In this document: positions 1 to 8,021 of the stretch, piece by piece
Layout: each line of letters begins with the position of its first letter
How positions within the stretch are numbered: the stretch's first letter is position 1
From: a virus
Reading direction: 5' to 3' (one strand)
IMG/VR virus record: IMGVR_UViG_3300012984_000012
Location: 65,881-129,880 of that record
Length of the DNA: 64,000 nucleotides
Translations under genes and position numbers: made by a program
Notes under the pieces: generated by a model
What the model saw: the letters and a program-made list of their open reading frames with translations, nothing else
What the model was told of the DNA's origin: nothing
Database searches by the model: none

Positions 1-438
1 GACCCTCATCTTGAGGTAGTCCTCACACTTGATTCCGAGGCTGTCACACTTGATGCGTACGTTGATGTCCTTCGACACCAAGACGCCTTCGGTGCCTTTC
101 AACGAAAGCATGAAGGCGATGATCAGGTTGTCAACTTTGTCGGCTTGAAGCTCTGTCGGAACGTCCTTCAAGGTGCCCTTGTCGATGGACACGATCTTTA
201 ACGTTCCACCTTCACGAAGAGGCACCCCACTCACTAGACTGTTGCCACTCGAGCGCATGTCATCTAGTGTTCTGCTTACCTGTCTGGCGTTACGCCCCAC
301 CTCGTCTGACCTGCTCTTATGGCGATCTAGCTCTTCTAGGACAGCCATGGGAATGATCAGATCGTTCTCTTGAAACGAAAAGATCGAGTTTGGGTCGCTC
401 AAGAGCACATTCGTATCTAAGACGTACGTCTTCTTCAT
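1..438 (-). CDS. PIN-domain N-terminus of a PhoH-family (YlaK/PhoH2-type) protein, runs off the window edge
   Basis: Not in the ORF track. Manual translation from ATG 438 gives MKKTYVLDTNVLLSDPNSIF...IIPMAVLEELDRHK...GRNAR...VDNLII...LVSKDINVRIKCDSLGIKCEDY, with the PIN motifs DTNV, EELD, DN and SKD-N-RIK of PIN-PhoH proteins. Confidence 0.85.
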   Translation of the reverse strand, partial: MKKTYVLDTNVLLSDPNSIFSFQENDLIIPMAVLEELDRHKSRSDEVGRNARQVSRTLDDMRSSGNSLVSGVPLREGGTLKIVSIDKGTLKDVPTELQADKVDNLIIAFMLSLKGTEGVLVSKDINVRIKCDSLGIKCEDYLKMRV

Positions 439-483
439 GTAATCGTGACTCCGGTTTTCAAAGAGAGGGTTCTAGTTGATTTC

Positions 484-512
484 TTGTACATGAACGCCGC
501 TGTTACTACCTT
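484..512 (+). promoter_or_regulatory. Putative promoter TTGTAC-N17-TACCTT
   Basis: Matches the -35 NTGWAC / -10 TANNNT pattern that recurs through the window; lies upstream of ORF 537. Confidence 0.5.
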
Positions 513-536
513 ATACCAGGTAGGACCAAACAGGCA

Positions 537-824
537 ATGCAAGAGAGTAAAAGACGCCTCACAGTCATCCAAGGGAAGACTGAAGGTAAGCGTATCGTTG
601 AAGGAACTACGTGCTTTGCTGCACAGTCCAAACACAACGTTGACTGTCAACGAAACAACTGTCCTCAGTGGATCAGTCATTCCCAGAGTCACAACTGTGT
701 GTTGCTCGCTGCTCAGGAAGGTCCTCACACGTTACAAAAGATAGGTCAAATCTACGGTCTGACACGGATGAGAATCTGTCAGATTGAGAAGGGGATCTTC
801 GAGAAGATTAGAGAAATCAGCTAG
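537..824 (+). CDS. Stand-alone sigma-70 region-4 HTH protein with Cys-rich N-terminus
   Basis: C-terminal TLQKIGQIYGLTRMRICQIEKGIFEKIR resembles region 4.2 (TLEEVG..F.VTRERIRQIE.KAL.KLR); four upstream Cys could bind Zn. Confidence 0.75.
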   Translation: MQESKRRLTVIQGKTEGKRIVEGTTCFAAQSKHNVDCQRNNCPQWISHSQSHNCVLLAAQEGPHTLQKIGQIYGLTRMRICQIEKGIFEKIREIS

Positions 825-1203
825 CAGCTGGTTCTTCTGCTTTCTTTTCGTCCTTCTCTTCTTTCTTGACTGCAGCCTTCACAGGCGGGGTCTTATCATC
901 CTTCTTCGCTTCGACCTTGGGCTCTGATTTTTCTGGCTCAGGTCTGACCTCTGTCTTCATTGGCTCATCATCTTTTTTAGCCGGGGGAGACTTTGGAGGG
1001 TCAACCTTCACGGGTTTCTTGACGTCAGCTTCGACAACAGGGACCTTGGGTTCTTCAACGTGTCGTGGGACAACGAGCGCTGGGGCGGGCACGCTGGTTG
1101 CGACGTGCTTCAAGCGACCAGCGCGAGCAATCTCTCGGTGGTGTGTCTTGGGATCGAGCTTCAGGTCGTGGATGTCTCTTAGCACAGCTTTGGGTGACGG
1201 CAT
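817..1203 (-). CDS. Hypothetical protein with Lys/Glu/Pro-rich low-complexity C-terminus
   Basis: 128-aa ORF with SD GAGG and CCTACTTAC motif upstream. Confidence 0.65.
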   Translation of the reverse strand: MPSPKAVLRDIHDLKLDPKTHHREIARAGRLKHVATSVPAPALVVPRHVEEPKVPVVEADVKKPVKVDPPKSPPAKKDDEPMKTEVRPEPEKSEPKVEAKKDDKTPPVKAAVKKEEKDEKKAEEPAAS

Positions 1204-1222
1204 GTCTCTTGTTCCTCAATGA

Positions 1223-1231
1223 GTAAGTAGG
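1223..1231 (-). promoter_or_regulatory. Putative late-promoter motif CCTACTTAC
   Basis: Same TAYTTA core at 4992 (+), 24436 (-) and 38637 (+), each just upstream of a gene start. Confidence 0.45.
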
Positions 1232-1248
1232 TCTCTAGAGACGACGAA

Positions 1249-1268
1249 GCCCTGACAATTGCCAGGGC
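1249..1268 (-). terminator. Hairpin downstream of Hc1 gene, possible intrinsic terminator
   Basis: Minus strand GCCCTGGC-AATT-GTCAGGGC followed by TTCGTCGT (weak U tract). Confidence 0.45.
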
Positions 1269-1300
1269 CACTTGTGTCGTTCAGTTTTGAAGCGCTGAAA

Positions 1301-1525
1301 TCAGGCCTTGGGAGCCTTCGGCGGCTTGGCCGCTTTCTTGGCCTTGTCGAGTTCGACGGTCGTCTTGACGAGATCGGCAGCGCGACCCTTCAGGTCGCGA
1401 AGGCCCTTGCGAACCCTGACGCCAGCGGCGGCGACGCCGCGTGCGCTCTTCTGCAGGTCGAGCTCCAGAGTCTCAACGAGCGTCTTCAGTTCACCCCATT
1501 TTGCTAGCACTGTATTGTCATCCAT
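1301..1525 (-). CDS. Histone H1-like protein, Hc1 family
   Basis: WGELKTLVETLELDLQKSARGVAAAGVRVRKGLRDLK matches the Hc1 pattern (..K.AAG.R.RK.L.DLK); Lys/Ala/Pro tail; strong SD GGAGGT. Confidence 0.8.
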   Translation of the reverse strand: MDDNTVLAKWGELKTLVETLELDLQKSARGVAAAGVRVRKGLRDLKGRAADLVKTTVELDKAKKAAKPPKAPKA

Positions 1526-1596
1526 TGGTCATTACCTCCGAGCATAAGTATACACACCAGGGTGGGTGAGTAAACTAAAAGCTCTGCTAACGCACG

Positions 1597-3276
1597 TCAG
1601 GGACTAGAAAGCGACTTCGAAAAGTCTGATGGAAACAGCGACTTGTTGCGCTGGTAGAAGTAGTCCCAATCCTCATCGAGGATGTATGAAGTGGCGTGAT
1701 CCGTGTCGTTTCTGATGCTACGACCCATCGCCTGGATGACAGACTTGACCGTCTGGAACGGGTACCACTTTGGGTCTCGTGACTTTCTCTTCTTGACAAC
1801 CTTGTCTCCCAGGTAAGGAAACGGGACCTTGCAAAGTATCTGGAAACGGCTTGCGTCGTCAGCCAGGTCGACTCCTTCCATCATGCTCGGTGACAGCAAC
1901 ACAGTCGGCTTCGTTCCGTTGACATGGTTCTTGAGGACCTGATCCCTGTTCTCTGAGTTATGAATCAGCAACCTGTCTGACTTCACGTTCTCATACAGGT
2001 ACTGAGCGATCTTGAAATTGACACAATGAACGATCCCCTTGTCGTTAGCATGCTGTTCCATGAGCATCTTGACGACCTCTGTCATCTTGGGTAGCGTCGA
2101 CTGTATGTTGTCCATCGACATCTTACCGGTCGGCAAGAAGTGTATGGGTCTGTTCTCGACCGGAAACGGTGACGGGATCCTGAGAAACGCAACGTCAGAC
2201 GGGTTTAAGCCTATCGTCCTGCAGAACACGTCGCGGTCGACGACGGTCGCTGACATCAGCAACACTCGCGATCCGAACCCATACAACATGTCGTACCCGT
2301 AGCTCGAGACGTCGATCGGTTTGAACTCATACCGGCGCTGGGCGCGAGCTCCAGCTGGTGGCTCGACGACGTTCATCACCCAGTTCTCAGCATTGAACGA
2401 TGTGATGAACCGATTGACCTTACAGATGTGCTTGTCAAGCATCTCGTATTGTTTGCTGTACTCTCCGAACCCAGCCATGCCCGAGCTAAAACGACTCTCG
2501 AGTGCCTTTTCGAGTCTCTGGAGGTGCTTCGCCAGCGTAGGTTGGTATGTCTTCCTGATCCATTCGAACACGATCAGCGCTCGCTTCTCTTCGTCGCCCT
2601 TCAGGGTCGGCAGCTTGCATTTCAGGACCTCCTTTGCGAACTTTTCAGAGAAGGTTACTTCGATGAACTTGCCGAGCTCGGCCTCGATGTTGTGACACTC
2701 GTCGATGACTAACATCTGTCGAGGCTTGATCGTTTTAGCGTACATCGTTTCAGCCAAGAAGTACGAGAAGTTCGTGATGCTGATCATCGATTGCATGAAA
2801 GCATCTTTCTCAATCTTGTACGGGCACTGTTGTTGACAACACTTCCAAAAGTCAGTGCCGACTAATTGCTTGCCCAGTTTGCTCAGGATCCTTCGTGACT
2901 CACCGCAATTTTGGTCCTTGTAAAAGTTGCACGTGAAATTGCTGCTCGACTTGATGCTGCACAGCAGGTTTTTCCTGCCAGGGCCAAAGTCGTTAACGTA
3001 CTGCTCTTGAAGGACTTTTTGGGTCGTCAACACGTACGCGCCAGCGGCGTTGCTTGCCTCTTCCGTGCTCATGAGATCCGGACGAGGGTTTGCAGCTAGG
3101 TATCGCGCGATCGTTATCCCTGTTGCTGACTTCCCACAGCCGGTTCCCATCTCAAGGATGACGAACCTCTTTCCTTCGACAAGATACGCGTCAAGAGCAA
3201 ACTCGATAGCCTGTCGTTGTTCGTCTCTGATTTTTGAGAACGGAAAGAAACCATCGTAGCTGTGCTTTGACACCAT
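1597..3276 (-). CDS. DinG/XPD-family SF2 helicase with Fe-S cluster
   Basis: Q-motif (RDEQ), Walker A GTGCGKS, Cys cluster C..C..C..CPY, DECH box, SMMEGVD, KVPFP, QAMGRSIR motif VI. Confidence 0.9.
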   Translation of the reverse strand: MVSKHSYDGFFPFSKIRDEQRQAIEFALDAYLVEGKRFVILEMGTGCGKSATGITIARYLAANPRPDLMSTEEASNAAGAYVLTTQKVLQEQYVNDFGPGRKNLLCSIKSSSNFTCNFYKDQNCGESRRILSKLGKQLVGTDFWKCCQQQCPYKIEKDAFMQSMISITNFSYFLAETMYAKTIKPRQMLVIDECHNIEAELGKFIEVTFSEKFAKEVLKCKLPTLKGDEEKRALIVFEWIRKTYQPTLAKHLQRLEKALESRFSSGMAGFGEYSKQYEMLDKHICKVNRFITSFNAENWVMNVVEPPAGARAQRRYEFKPIDVSSYGYDMLYGFGSRVLLMSATVVDRDVFCRTIGLNPSDVAFLRIPSPFPVENRPIHFLPTGKMSMDNIQSTLPKMTEVVKMLMEQHANDKGIVHCVNFKIAQYLYENVKSDRLLIHNSENRDQVLKNHVNGTKPTVLLSPSMMEGVDLADDASRFQILCKVPFPYLGDKVVKKRKSRDPKWYPFQTVKSVIQAMGRSIRNDTDHATSYILDEDWDYFYQRNKSLFPSDFSKSLSSP

Positions 3277-3311
3277 GCAGTCACACTACATCACGTCAAG
3301 GCGGTACTACA

Positions 3312-3932
3312 CTACTTCTTTAGCTTGACATCGCCGATAATGCGATCGACGATTCCCATCCGAATTGCTTCATCGGCGGTGATGTAATAATCGTGACCAG
3401 CTTTCATGATATCTTCGATCTCTTCGAGCTTTAGGTTCGTCTCCGCGGCGAGCGAGTTGACCATCAGATCATGAAGTCGACGGTGTTCTTTCGTCTCATG
3501 CATCACTTCAAAGACGTTTCCGATCGCACCACCAGAAACTGGGTGCATCATGATGCGAGCAGACTTTCCGATCATTCGCTTACCTTTTTCGCCAGCTGCG
3601 AGCAACAGGACTCCTGCAGACATCACCTTGCCCAGGGCGATCGTGTGAACCTGGCACGGTAGGAATTTCACCGTGTCATAAAGGCTGAACATCTCATCGA
3701 CGGAACCTCCGTACGTTGACACGACCATGTATATCGGATCCCTGCTGATGTTAGCGAGGTGTAGAAGTTGGGCGATGACCGCAGAGATCGTATGTTCGTT
3801 AACGTCACCATGCAACACGACGATCCTTGAGTTGTCGGGCTGCTGGGCCATCATGAACTGTTCTAACGCATCAGGACCGTTTGCGCTAGGAACGTTTCGT
3901 TTCGTGGCGCTCTCAAGTGTTGGACGACCCAT
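3312..3932 (-). CDS. clpP: ClpP-family protease
   Basis: STYGGSV, KVMSAG (catalytic Ser), MMHP (His), HDYYITADEA.RMGIVD (Asp region). Confidence 0.9.
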   Translation of the reverse strand: MGRPTLESATKRNVPSANGPDALEQFMMAQQPDNSRIVVLHGDVNEHTISAVIAQLLHLANISRDPIYMVVSTYGGSVDEMFSLYDTVKFLPCQVHTIALGKVMSAGVLLLAAGEKGKRMIGKSARIMMHPVSGGAIGNVFEVMHETKEHRRLHDLMVNSLAAETNLKLEEIEDIMKAGHDYYITADEAIRMGIVDRIIGDVKLKK

Positions 3933-4173
3933 TTAACTCTCCCTCTTCGACTTGACCTGACAGGAAGATCCTCTTTCCAGTTACGTCATTGACGACTGAC
4001 GTTATCGCTTGTGCGTGTTCGTGATTTTCAAGCTCCTGTGCTAGGAGATATATGATGAACGTCTTCTGGCGTTCAGTGATTCCAAGCAACGAGATCTCTC
4101 TGACCAGTTGTCGACAGATCAAGTTTTCTTCAGCTAGCTTTTCAGAGTTTAGCTTACCATACATCGTTGTCAT
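3913..4173 (-). CDS. Hypothetical protein
   Basis: 86-aa ORF translationally coupled to its neighbours. Confidence 0.7.
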   Translation of the reverse strand: MTTMYGKLNSEKLAEENLICRQLVREISLLGITERQKTFIIYLLAQELENHEHAQAITSVVNDVTGKRIFLSGQVEEGELNGSSNT

Positions 4174-4637
4174 TTGACGACCTCGGCTCGTTCGTATGTT
4201 TCGATCTTGAACATCTTTTCTCCCAGCAAACGAATGTACTTTCCTTGCTTCGTGTCGCCTTCAGTGTCTGACGTTAACACGACAAAGTTGCCCCATTGTT
4301 GGGTCTCAAAAATGAACTGCACGGCCTCCCAAGTGGGAAGGTCAGCATGATTGTTTTCCAGCACGGCAACAAGTTGTTCGGGCAGTGATGACTTGATGTC
4401 ATCGACTGACAGTATGGAACCCATCGCTTCACGACCTTGGATGATCTCAGAGCGACCTATTTCCGTGACTCGGTGTATCACGCCGCAGTTTGTGCATTGG
4501 GCAAATTTGGGTTTGACGACGTTGTCGTCGCCAATGACAGAGAAAACAGTGAACTGGTGTTGCAAGGGATGGACGGCATGTTTGAACTGTGGCAACACAC
4601 ACCGACACTTGACCAGATGTTTTTGACCCGAACTCAC
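4170..4637 (-). CDS. Hypothetical protein with possible Zn ribbon
   Basis: CRC...CTNCG motifs; GTG start with SD GAGGT; ATGA overlap with next gene. Confidence 0.7.
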   Translation of the reverse strand: MSSGQKHLVKCRCVLPQFKHAVHPLQHQFTVFSVIGDDNVVKPKFAQCTNCGVIHRVTEIGRSEIIQGREAMGSILSVDDIKSSLPEQLVAVLENNHADLPTWEAVQFIFETQQWGNFVVLTSDTEGDTKQGKYIRLLGEKMFKIETYERAEVVK

Positions 4638-4691
4638 GTTCGTACCTCTACTGTTTCAGAAACGCAAAGAGACCCTTGAAGGGTTTGAAGG

Positions 4692-4961
4692 TCACTTTTT
4701 TTTCGCGGTCAGCGGAGGCAACTCTGCCTCAGACACGGCCTCAGAGATGCACGTGTTGACGCTATTCATGAAGTTCTTGTGACCGCGATGGTAGCCTTCG
4801 TCTGCAGACGCTGCGATGAGTGACAGCAGTTTTTCGACGCTGGCAGCTTCGATCTTCAGCTGACCCCCGCGAATCGCGTTGACCAGATTTTGAGCCACGG
4901 TGTCCTTGACGCTCTCGTGGAGTGTCCATGATGTTTTACCGATCTTGTCTCGAGGTTGCAT
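4692..4961 (-). CDS. Hypothetical protein
   Basis: Start moved to ATG 4961 (MQPRDK), which has an AAGGGA SD-like sequence. Confidence 0.6.
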   Translation of the reverse strand: MQPRDKIGKTSWTLHESVKDTVAQNLVNAIRGGQLKIEAASVEKLLSLIAASADEGYHRGHKNFMNSVNTCISEAVSEAELPPLTAKKK

Positions 4962-4991
4962 GTTGGATCCCTTACTGTCTGATAGTACCTG

Positions 4992-5000
4992 CCTACTTAG
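4992..5000 (+). promoter_or_regulatory. Putative late-promoter motif CCTACTTAG
   Basis: About 28 nt before ATG 5028; recurrent motif. Confidence 0.45.
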
Positions 5001-5027
5001 AAGAAGTAAACACTCGGAGAACCGTTG

Positions 5028-6017
5028 ATGGCAAGAACGCTCAAAGAACAGTACGAAATCAAGAAGCTTCAACAGCGACTGAGGCCAATCGATCAGAAAC
5101 TGATGATCGAGCTGAGCATGTCAGACAACGATATGCTGATCTTTGAGGCATTCAACAAGCAACAGATGAGTGACGCAATCAAGATCGTCAAGCAGCTGAA
5201 AGCGATTAACTTCGGTCCCCTGACGACGCTTTCACAGGCACGGGACGCCGCAGTCAATGACGTGACCAAGGCGCTGGCTGGTAGTAAGGATCAAGGAATC
5301 ATTCGAAAGATCGTCAACCTTTTCAAGGGAGGAAAAGAGAACCCTCTCGTCGATGCGTTAGCATTTTGTGACGCGCTCAACAACTTCTTTGGCCAGTTCT
5401 CACAGTACGTCACCGCTTTGGGTAGTGACAAAGCAGACCAACCCCTGTCGACCATCGTCACAGGCAAAGATCCTGAGGAGCTCGCAGACCTTACAGCTGT
5501 TAATAGCCTCGGTGGAAAAGAGAAGGGTAATCTCAGGAACATGCAAAAGGTCATCGTCAACGGTTTGAAGCCGAATGGCGCGATCGGCAAACTTAGTAAA
5601 AACTGGATCGACAAATACCTTAAGGGAAAGAAGGGGCTTCAGACCCTAGCACGGGATCTACTCAAGATGTCACCTAACGACATCAACAAGATCAGCGAGA
5701 CGGTGACAAGCAATCTAAAAAACGCAGAAGCGATCGGACAGGCGGCAGCAGGCGCGTCCCAACAAGCGACCGTCGGCTCGAACCCTACCACTGGTAGCAA
5801 CGCATCAGGAGCATCACAGCCTGAGCAAGGAAGCGTCAGCAGCAAGCCTGGCTCGACAGCACCTGGAGCTCAGATCCCACCAGGGACATCCAAGGGCGCA
5901 GTGGACGTCGACAAGGTCATCGCAAGGATCAAGCCGGCGATGGAAGACATGGGTGTCAGGGACGTGAACAAGCTCGTCGCTAGCCTTGATGACCTGGGCG
6001 TTCTCAAGAATCCTTGA
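5028..6017 (+). CDS. Hypothetical helical protein, possibly virion/internal head protein
   Basis: 329 aa; SD GGAG; late-type motif upstream; S/G/P/Q-rich linker near the C-terminus. Confidence 0.7.
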   Translation: MARTLKEQYEIKKLQQRLRPIDQKLMIELSMSDNDMLIFEAFNKQQMSDAIKIVKQLKAINFGPLTTLSQARDAAVNDVTKALAGSKDQGIIRKIVNLFKGGKENPLVDALAFCDALNNFFGQFSQYVTALGSDKADQPLSTIVTGKDPEELADLTAVNSLGGKEKGNLRNMQKVIVNGLKPNGAIGKLSKNWIDKYLKGKKGLQTLARDLLKMSPNDINKISETVTSNLKNAEAIGQAAAGASQQATVGSNPTTGSNASGASQPEQGSVSSKPGSTAPGAQIPPGTSKGAVDVDKVIARIKPAMEDMGVRDVNKLVASLDDLGVLKNP

Positions 6018-7254
6018 TGACAGCTCCGAGTGACCTGAGTGTTTCGTAACACCTGGTCGCATGTAACTGTGACGCTACGAGCGATGCTGCGAGCATCTTC
6101 CTGTCATCAATGACGATCGATCCGTAGTCAACTAAGGCCCTGATCGCCCTTAAGGCGTAATCGATCGACTGGGTTGACGTGACGTAATTCTTATCATCAG
6201 GCAACCGGATGACCACATGGTTGGGTGACAACGACTTGATGCGAACGTCGATCAGGTTTGCAACGTCATCGACTTTTTCGTCGAGCCTCTTTTTTCGAAG
6301 GAATGCTACGTGTGTTTCTACGGCTTGCCGAGATCCGGTGTGAGTAACGACAACTTTCGTCGGATAGACGATCGCCTCGTCGATGTACACGGCATCAGCG
6401 AGTCTCGTGTTGCTGATCAAGTCACCCAAATTGCTCGACACCAGTCGAGCGCCAGTAGCTATGGTGATGTCATTAATGGCATTGATGCCCTGCAAGTCGA
6501 ACTTGACGATGACCGGAATCACTCGTAACGAACCACGGTCGTAGTTAACACGTAACGTGTTCTTCACGTCGTCTGACATGCCCCTGACGAACAACACCAG
6601 GGGCTCTTTCGTCTCTGAGGCTCCCTCAAGCAACTGGTGTATCTCAGAGACCGTTTCAATGAAACCATCGATGCAAACGACGTGGGGCCTCTCGAGCCGT
6701 ACGCTACACGGCCAGGCAGGAGCTTGGTCGAAAGCGTATCCCCTGACTAGCTCCACGGACGGGCGAGCCATCGTTTTTTCGACCATGACACGCCCGGCGA
6801 ATCCCGCCAGGCCCAAAGCAACGTTCACGATCGACCTGATCGTGTCCTGAGAGTCTGACATGTAACGTGACAGGACCCAATCGACATCAGCACGGTCAGG
6901 AACCTTCACCCCAGACCCAAGGATGTCGCTAGAATTAAACTCGTGAGCTGCGATTGGGGTTACACCATCTTTATCGTTGAGTTTTTTGAGAAGGAACTCG
7001 ATGCAAAGGTCAAAACCACCCGGACCCATGCGCTCGGCAGCATGAGCGTGGTTCATGATTATCTCATGGATCGATTGCTCCAATCTATCAGGGAACCTCA
7101 TTCCAAACATCGCCTGTAAACGAGTGTGAACCAGCACGCCTTTCCCAGACGAGACTAGAACGCTGTCACGTACGTTAGATCGCAACAACTGGATGCTGTT
7201 GGTGACGTTGGATATTGCGTTGTCGACGTCAGATTGTAGGTGAACCTGAGACAC
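6004..7254 (-). CDS. Divergent GroEL/Cpn60-like chaperonin
   Basis: Apical-domain similarity: VVCIDGFIETVSEIHQLLEGASETKEPLVLFVRGMSDDVKNTLRVNYDRGSLRV and DITIATGARLVSSNLGD; lacks GDGTTT; only 416 aa. Confidence 0.75.
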   Translation of the reverse strand: MSQVHLQSDVDNAISNVTNSIQLLRSNVRDSVLVSSGKGVLVHTRLQAMFGMRFPDRLEQSIHEIIMNHAHAAERMGPGGFDLCIEFLLKKLNDKDGVTPIAAHEFNSSDILGSGVKVPDRADVDWVLSRYMSDSQDTIRSIVNVALGLAGFAGRVMVEKTMARPSVELVRGYAFDQAPAWPCSVRLERPHVVCIDGFIETVSEIHQLLEGASETKEPLVLFVRGMSDDVKNTLRVNYDRGSLRVIPVIVKFDLQGINAINDITIATGARLVSSNLGDLISNTRLADAVYIDEAIVYPTKVVVTHTGSRQAVETHVAFLRKKRLDEKVDDVANLIDVRIKSLSPNHVVIRLPDDKNYVTSTQSIDYALRAIRALVDYGSIVIDDRKMLAASLVASQLHATRCYETLRSLGAVIKDS

Positions 7255-7259
7255 GTTTC

Positions 7260-7289
7260 ATTGTAACCAGCACGAACAGCAAGGTTCAA
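7260..7289 (-). promoter_or_regulatory. Putative promoter TTGAAC-N18-TACAAT, leaderless
   Basis: -10 lies 5 nt upstream of the GTG start of the chaperonin gene; no SD. Confidence 0.6.
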
Positions 7290-7825
7290 TTGATGGTAAC
7301 GTGGCCATGAATGAAATCGTACAGGAGCTTTCCGATGCCAGCCAACAACCCGGTGCCCAGCGAGACGGCGAGCCACTTAGCAGCTGCTGCTACGCGGGCC
7401 TTAAAAGCGACCAGGTCCTTGAGCTGATCAGCGTGATCTTTCACCATCTTGTTGTGGTCTTCCAACATCTTGGCTTCTTTTTCGACGTGTCTCTCTTCGG
7501 ACTCGTGCCATGCCTGGAGCTCTGTGACGTCGTTGTTTAGCTTTTCGATGCTGGCTGCGTTGGCCTTGACGTGCTCGATGTCCTTGACCCTTGCGAACAA
7601 TCCATCGTCTGGGTGATACACGGCCTCATGGATCGAATCGACCTTCGCTTCGATCTTTTCGACCTTTTCGATCATGGTGTCAAAGCCACCGTTAAGGACC
7701 TTTGATGACATCACCTTCTGTGACAAACAGTTCAACAGATCCAACACTTGTGACTCTGAAGCGATGTCGAGAGTCTTTCTCTCAGTTTCACTCATGAAAG
7801 ATTTGCCTGATTTATTTCTTGCCAT
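7286..7825 (-). CDS. Coiled-coil protein with one C-terminal transmembrane helix (holin-like architecture)
   Basis: Heptad-like middle region, hydrophobic WLAVSLGTGLLAGIGKLLY tail. Confidence 0.6.
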   Translation of the reverse strand: MARNKSGKSFMSETERKTLDIASESQVLDLLNCLSQKVMSSKVLNGGFDTMIEKVEKIEAKVDSIHEAVYHPDDGLFARVKDIEHVKANAASIEKLNNDVTELQAWHESEERHVEKEAKMLEDHNKMVKDHADQLKDLVAFKARVAAAAKWLAVSLGTGLLAGIGKLLYDFIHGHVTIN

Positions 7826-7851
7826 CAGTTGAACATCCCGCGCGACGCATT

Positions 7852-7933
7852 GATCTTAGGGCTAGTAAATTAGGATCACGAAAGAAAGAAATGAGAGATC
7901 AGGATCTGATCTAGATCTAGATCCTCATTGATC
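7852..7933. repeat. GATC-dense palindromic intergenic element
   Basis: 8 GATC sites (7852, 7874, 7897, 7903, 7908, 7914, 7920, 7930); core AGATCAGGATCTGATCTAGATCTAGATC flanked by the inverted pair AATGAG/CTCATT. Confidence 0.75.
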
Positions 7934-7974
7934 CTTAAGTACTAACGTCGAGCACGCTCGTGAGAAAACTTATA

Positions 7975-8003
7975 GTGAACAGTTCCCCTTCAGGGGCTAG
8001 AAT
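7975..8003 (+). promoter_or_regulatory. Putative promoter GTGAAC-N17-TAGAAT for the glycosylation island
   Basis: Recurrent promoter pattern; spacer contains the inverted repeat CCCCTTCAGGGG. Confidence 0.6.
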
Positions 8004-8021
8004 CTCCTCGAGGTGATCTGA

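Noticed and set aside
7852-7933. CRISPR array or mini-array
   Set aside because: Units are 5-6 nt with no unique spacers; no repeat-spacer structure was seen anywhere in the window despite the Cas4-like gene
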